From a virus, in IMG/VR virus record IMGVR_UViG_3300035180_001563, positions 58,194-122,193 of that record: DNA of 64,000 nt. The stretch is one strand, 5' to 3'. Both the position numbers and the translations under genes were made by a program. The number at the start of each line of letters is the position of its first letter. Within the stretch, counting starts at the first letter, position 1. This document shows, in pieces, positions 59,394 to 64,000 of this stretch. Below the pieces are notes generated by a model, which worked only from the letters and a program-made list of their open reading frames with translations, was not told the DNA's origin and searched no databases.

Positions 59394-59996
59394 TCATTTT
59401 AAAGAAAAGTTGTTAACTTCTCCTCCAGTCTGTAGAGTTCTGCTCTTTGCGTTCCATTCACTCTTAAACATCAATAAACGAGTTGAATAATCTTCAAACA
59501 CAGTCCAAACATTACCTTCAGCTAACACTTGACCCTGATCGTTTGTGATAAAAAACACTTCAGATAATTTTTTCTTAAGAGCATAGAACATTGTACTTGC
59601 ATATGCTGCTCCTGTTCCATGTTGAACCATAAATGTTGCAAACTGTTTACGAGTTGCAGAAGGATTATCCTGTAAGAACTTTCTAGCTTGAACTGCTTGC
59701 TCTCCACGAGAAGTTTCTTTCTTCTTAGCAGCATCAGCTCCTAGTTTAATTGTTCCTTGTTTTCTTTCAGTCGGCTTCTGTGTTTTCTTGTGTTGAGGAG
59801 CAACTTCATCACCCTCTTCTTCATGGGACTCTTTCCCCTTTCCAATAATCTTATCTGGATTAAAATCTTTAACCTTGACACCTCGTTTGGCCAAATCTTT
59901 GTCAGCTTTTGCTACAAGTGCACGTTCAGAAGGAGAGAGATCTTCATCATCTTCCCACTCGGACAACATTTGGTATTTTGTATTATTTGCATTCAT
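59394..59996 (-). CDS. Hypothetical charged protein, possible internal head protein
   Basis: AGGAG RBS; MLSE near the N-terminus; charged linker and helical core. Confidence 0.55.
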   Translation of the reverse strand: MNANNTKYQMLSEWEDDEDLSPSERALVAKADKDLAKRGVKVKDFNPDKIIGKGKESHEEEGDEVAPQHKKTQKPTERKQGTIKLGADAAKKKETSRGEQAVQARKFLQDNPSATRKQFATFMVQHGTGAAYASTMFYALKKKLSEVFFITNDQGQVLAEGNVWTVFEDYSTRLLMFKSEWNAKSRTLQTGGEVNNFSLK

Positions 59997-60016
59997 ATGT
60001 TTTCTCCTACTTGTTA

Positions 60017-60229
60017 TTATCCAACAACACGAGCATTACCTGCTCTTGCTGATGAAAAGTTAATTGTTAGTGTGTTATTACTTGTTGTTACTACGTTTAG
60101 AGGAAGAATTTTTTCCAACACTCCATTATCATGAACATACACATCACAACCAACCAACGGGTTATTGAGATTGTGATTGATCGTCCATGTTGTAGAAGCA
60201 GAAATCTGTGTGTGATTAAAAAAAACCAT
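60017..60229 (-). CDS. Small virion protein, one W.I.HNL module
   Basis: TWTINHNL...V.VY......LP......NTLTINFS....GNARV. Confidence 0.7.
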   Translation of the reverse strand: MVFFNHTQISASTTWTINHNLNNPLVGCDVYVHDNGVLEKILPLNVVTTSNNTLTINFSSARAGNARVVG

Positions 60230-60240
60230 TCATAATCTCC

Positions 60241-60468
60241 TTAGACGATCTTGGCACGGCCAGTCTGTGCTGTAGAAAAAACAACGTTAACATTGTTTGA
60301 ATCTACAACTTGAACTTCAAGCGGAATGACCTTAGTCCATACAGACGACACATTCAAATAACAATCGACAACAGGAGTGATTGTTTTCAAGTTGTGGTTG
60401 ATTGCCCAAGTGGTAGCAGGTGTTGTTTGCTCAAAGTAAAACGTGTTTAATATAGTTTTAAGTCCCAT
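60241..60468 (-). CDS. Small virion protein, one W.I.HNL module
   Basis: TWAINHNL...PVVDCY...IP...DSNNVNVVFSTAQTGRAKI. Confidence 0.7.
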   Translation of the reverse strand: MGLKTILNTFYFEQTTPATTWAINHNLKTITPVVDCYLNVSSVWTKVIPLEVQVVDSNNVNVVFSTAQTGRAKIV

Positions 60469-60480
60469 TTTATTTCTCCA

Positions 60481-61113
60481 TTACACTAATCTAGCTGTTC
60501 CAGCTGTTGGGGTTGAGAATGTGATTGTGACTTGGAACGCATCATCAACTGTAATTCTTGATGGTTGAATTTCAGCACCCATTGAATCAAATACTCTAAC
60601 TGTTGGTACATAGCCAAGCCAATGCCGTACAACCCAAGTGCTTGATGGAGTACTTTGGGTAAATTCATAAGCGTATTGTGGTGTAATTAACCCACTATAA
60701 TACACATCTGAACCGTACATACAAACTGCGGTGCCTGTCGTAGCGTTCCCCAAACTAACTTGAACGGTATTATCATCTACATAAGAAACATCCTGTGGAA
60801 TAATCTGATATCCATTCGTGTCATAAACCTGAACCATTGGATATAAAGGAGTATTTGTTGAATATGTTGTAGTTGCAAAGTTGTGAGAAACAGTCCAAGT
60901 TGTAGAACTGGAACTTTGTGAGTGCACATACGTATCATGTGAAGGACCTAAAGGAATCCAAATGAGAGATCCTGTGTTTACACAAATCCAAACTCGCTTG
61001 TTTTTAAAAGCCACACGTCCTTCTATCGGAGTCAAAGGAAATGCTGACTCCGTTTGGAGAGAAGCTTGTTGAGCTTGGTTATCGTTAAGGTCCAAGTCGC
61101 CATATAATTTCAT
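60481..61113 (-). CDS. Virion protein with two HNL-type modules
   Basis: MKLYGDLD N-terminus shared with 61130; WTVSHNF and WVVRHWL modules. Confidence 0.7.
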   Translation of the reverse strand: MKLYGDLDLNDNQAQQASLQTESAFPLTPIEGRVAFKNKRVWICVNTGSLIWIPLGPSHDTYVHSQSSSSTTWTVSHNFATTTYSTNTPLYPMVQVYDTNGYQIIPQDVSYVDDNTVQVSLGNATTGTAVCMYGSDVYYSGLITPQYAYEFTQSTPSSTWVVRHWLGYVPTVRVFDSMGAEIQPSRITVDDAFQVTITFSTPTAGTARLV

Positions 61114-61129
61114 CGTACTATCCTTTACA

Positions 61130-61540
61130 TTAAGCTACTGGGTACACTGTAGTATCTCCAAACATCACAACAACACGCCCAGTTTCAGGAGAACCAAAAC
61201 TAATACTAACTGTATTATTATCAGTAGGAGTAATTTCTCCAGGGATCAACATATTACCGGTTGTGTCATACACTTGAACAAGCGGACTACCTGTATTTAA
61301 GTTATGAACAACGGTCCACGTTGCTGATGCTGTTTCTTGATCGTGAATTGCTGTATTGTTCATTGATGTTAAAGGAACCCATGCTGGTACATTTGAGACG
61401 ACCTCAACACAAATCCAAACACGTTTCCCAACATAGGCGATACGTCCTACTACTGGTGGATTTGGAAAAGTTAACTCTTCTTGCAAAGCCATTCTCTGCA
61501 TTTGATTGTTATTAAAGTCAAGGTCTCCATACGATTTCAT
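61130..61540 (-). CDS. Virion protein with one HNL module
   Basis: MKSYGDLD..KRVWICV; WTVVHNL..PLVQVYD. Confidence 0.7.
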   Translation of the reverse strand: MKSYGDLDFNNNQMQRMALQEELTFPNPPVVGRIAYVGKRVWICVEVVSNVPAWVPLTSMNNTAIHDQETASATWTVVHNLNTGSPLVQVYDTTGNMLIPGEITPTDNNTVSISFGSPETGRVVVMFGDTTVYPVA

Positions 61541-61602
61541 TTGAACAGACTCCTAAATTGATATGATGTAATTTCATGCATGTATTTATACTTTTTGGTG
61601 TC

Positions 61603-63423
61603 TTATTCATTATAATATATCCAAACAGTATTTCCGCAATCCCATATTCGATCATAACCATTGTTGACCATGTTATTCCATTCTGTTAAATTGGCATCAA
61701 ATGTGGTTAATAGTTCAGGTAATTTGTGTTTTTGAAACGTGTTTCTTGAAAAAAGTTGCGTTGAAGCATTTTTCTTGAAATACTTATAGTTGGGTGCACT
61801 CCAATTTTCTTGTTTAAATCCTAATCTGTCATACACATTACCGATTCCGTATCTCATATCACAGTACGATAGCAGCGTTTTTGGATTATATGTTCTAATA
61901 AAATAATAAAATAATCTACTCGCCCCACCAACAACCGTATATCCTGCTTTTGAACAAAAACGAAGTAATTCCCAATCAACGTGTTTGTTAAATCGTGGTT
62001 TTCCAAATGTCATAAGTGACACCAATTCATCATTATAAAATAATCCAACCTTAACAGACGAGTTTACGTGCCCTTGAATATGATATTGGTTAACAAATGT
62101 AGTAGCTTGTGTTGAGTCAACATTTCTAATTTCACACTTACGTGCAAATAGTTTTTTATTCTTATCTAATAAGGTTTGTATTCTTGATTTTACGATATCT
62201 TTTTTATTGATCCATTCAATATCATACACGTGAATTAATCGTATTCCACGGTTTAGGGATTCTTTGGTTTTCGTTAAATGATAACATTTAGATTTTCCAT
62301 TAAGTTCTGAATGCCAAAATATTCCGTTTACTTCAATTCCAATGTTCAATTCAGGTAATAAGATGTCAATTTCGTGTGGATTGATTGCTGTTCTATCATT
62401 TTCTACAATAAGCCCAGAATAAAGAGATTTTATAAATTCAACAATTTCAATGTGATGAGAAGATGTGTAATAATATTTTATTGGGATATCATATAGTTTA
62501 AATCGAGTTTCAACTGTATGTGGAGAAACTGATAAGTTCTTTGCAATTAAACAAAGAGGAAGTTTGAGGGTATGGTGTTGTTCAGTGAGCCATTCTCTAT
62601 TCTTTAATATTTGGAGTGTATTTGAGTCTATATGACGATGGTTTGTACTCTCTACTCCATATCGAGATAAGTTTGTTTGGATACGTTTTTCCAAATATCC
62701 AGGTAATTCACTTACATGATGAACACCATATTTTTTAAACACTAACCCCTTTATTTCTTTTTGAAACTGTGAAGATTTGAAAGGATTTTCTACTCCATAC
62801 CGCTCTACATTTTTTGTTTTGTTGCTTTCTATTATATCAGGTTTTTGGATTATATGTTCTACTCCATAACGACTCAAATTTGTTTGTTTCTTTTTTTCTT
62901 GTGATGTAGTTATTTGGGACGGATTTTCTACTCCATAACGAGTTTTCATTGTCTCTTTTTGTTTTATTTTAATTTCTTCACTACAAGAAGCATTTTTGTT
63001 TCCGTATTTCAATAAGTTAGTTGACTGCATTTTTTCCAGAATCATTGGGGATTGTGCTGGGTGTTCTACACCATAATGTTCTTTTGTAGTTTTCTTTTTC
63101 TTTTCAATGATGATAGAATCTGTTTGCATGCAACGAAGACAGCAATATTCTCGGTATGGTTTATCTTCTTTTCCTAAAAACTCAACCGGATTTGAGCAGT
63201 TAGAATTTGAACACGTGTGTTGATGTGTTATGTTGTGTGTAATACAAAAAATTCGTTCTGTCCAGGATGCACCATCTCGAAGAAACACCGTGTGTTGTTT
63301 GATTATATTTTTATCTTCTATATCTGTTTGATTCAACGAATTTGATTTATTACTATTTACTCGTCCTCTCTTATCAAACCACTTGTGTCGTTTTAATAAT
63401 GCCAAAATCTCCAAATTGTTCAT
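61603..63423 (-). CDS. Hef-like homing endonuclease with seven roughly 22-aa YG(V/N) repeats and a GNAT/Mom-like domain
   Basis: xYGVE(H/N) repeats, EIDILLP..GIEVNGIFWHS, ARKC/YHIQG/WELLRF/SYCDMRYG/RIWDCG. Confidence 0.85.
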   Translation of the reverse strand: MNNLEILALLKRHKWFDKRGRVNSNKSNSLNQTDIEDKNIIKQHTVFLRDGASWTERIFCITHNITHQHTCSNSNCSNPVEFLGKEDKPYREYCCLRCMQTDSIIIEKKKKTTKEHYGVEHPAQSPMILEKMQSTNLLKYGNKNASCSEEIKIKQKETMKTRYGVENPSQITTSQEKKKQTNLSRYGVEHIIQKPDIIESNKTKNVERYGVENPFKSSQFQKEIKGLVFKKYGVHHVSELPGYLEKRIQTNLSRYGVESTNHRHIDSNTLQILKNREWLTEQHHTLKLPLCLIAKNLSVSPHTVETRFKLYDIPIKYYYTSSHHIEIVEFIKSLYSGLIVENDRTAINPHEIDILLPELNIGIEVNGIFWHSELNGKSKCYHLTKTKESLNRGIRLIHVYDIEWINKKDIVKSRIQTLLDKNKKLFARKCEIRNVDSTQATTFVNQYHIQGHVNSSVKVGLFYNDELVSLMTFGKPRFNKHVDWELLRFCSKAGYTVVGGASRLFYYFIRTYNPKTLLSYCDMRYGIGNVYDRLGFKQENWSAPNYKYFKKNASTQLFSRNTFQKHKLPELLTTFDANLTEWNNMVNNGYDRIWDCGNTVWIYYNE

Positions 63424-63440
63424 ATGATTATCTCCAAATA

Positions 63441-63471
63441 AAAAGAGAGCGGAGATAAATCCGCTCTCTTT
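63441..63471 (-). terminator. Terminator after the fibre-like gene
   Basis: aaagagagcgga-N6-tccgctctcttt. Confidence 0.75.
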
Positions 63472-63495
63472 GACTTACCTATAAGTATTTATTTG

Positions 63496-64000
63496 TTATC
63501 CTTTTACCCCCATACAAACACATGCACCAGCAACTGCAGTATTAAATGTAACTGTAACTGTGTTTATATCTGTAAATGTGATACTTTGTGGAATAATAAC
63601 TTCATCAGTATCATCAACGATTGTAACGTTAACATACTTCTGACCAATACCATGAGTAACAGTCCAAGAAGTAGCTGCTGTTCCAACTGTTTCTAAGTGA
63701 TAAATCTTCTGTGCTTGCCATGCAGTACCATCAGCAATAAGAGCTGTTCCAGAAGTTGTTGCAGGAGCTGTTCCAACATCATGCAAATCACCAAGGTTAA
63801 TACCTGCTGTGTTCACAGAAACAGTAACTGTTCCAGCGCTTTCAACTGTAGTAACTGTTGAACTACCAGCAATTTTCAATGTTGCACCAAGAGCTACTGT
63901 ACTAGAACCTGTATCACCAGCAACTGTAATGGTGTTGTTTGATAACACAACTGCACCGGCTGTAACTGTGAAGTCTGTACCGAAACTAGCAACACCCTTC
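63496..64000 (-). CDS. C-terminal part of a fibre-like virion protein ending in an HNL-type module; starts beyond the window
   Basis: Frame stays open to the window edge (KGVASFGTDFTVTAGAV...), LGDLHDV repeat, WTVTHGIG module. Confidence 0.7.
   Translation of the reverse strand, partial: KGVASFGTDFTVTAGAVVLSNNTITVAGDTGSSTVALGATLKIAGSSTVTTVESAGTVTVSVNTAGINLGDLHDVGTAPATTSGTALIADGTAWQAQKIYHLETVGTAATSWTVTHGIGQKYVNVTIVDDTDEVIIPQSITFTDINTVTVTFNTAVAGACVCMGVKG

Noticed and set aside
62620-63100. Regularly spaced ctactccata-like DNA repeats as a CRISPR array
   Set aside because: They are degenerate in-frame coding repeats (YGVE motifs, ~66-bp period) inside a nuclease ORF; no cas genes seen
1-64000. 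tRNA/rRNA genes and an alternative genetic code
   Set aside because: No cloverleaf or rRNA-like segment was recognised by eye in the short intergenic gaps (tRNAscan not run); core genes are full-length in the standard code and the breaks in TerL and PolB are explained by split inteins

Overview
AT-rich 64-kb segment of a large T4-related (jumbo-type) myophage, probably infecting a Gram-negative host (it encodes a PBP7-like peptidase, a lipoprotein and a lambda-type lysozyme domain). It holds the core head, neck, tail and baseplate genes (TerL/TerS, gp4, tube, sheath, gp13/14/15, MCP, scaffold, protease, portal, tape measure, gp26/51/48/53, hub-lysozyme, PAAR) and replication/recombination/transcription genes (PolB, clamp, RNase H, gp46/47, RuvC, DinG, gp55-like late sigma). 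The window is heavily colonised by selfish elements: 11 free-standing homing-endonuclease-like ORFs or fragments (about 14 kb, roughly 22%), two contiguous LAGLIDADG inteins, two split inteins each with an endonuclease gene right after the N-half (PolB complete; TerL C-half outside the window), and an internally deleted tnpB element that keeps its ends. Most notable: (i) five complete endonuclease ORFs carrying a Mom-like GNAT domain, possibly self-contained cut-and-modify elements; (ii) a DNA polymerase whose catalytic YxDTDS motif can only form by protein trans-splicing; (iii) RBS-sequestering hairpins released by late promoters; (iv) a nucleotidyltransferase with a T4-type capsid-targeting leader; (v) neck proteins carrying adhesin-like domains. 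All family calls come from motifs read by eye, with no database search.
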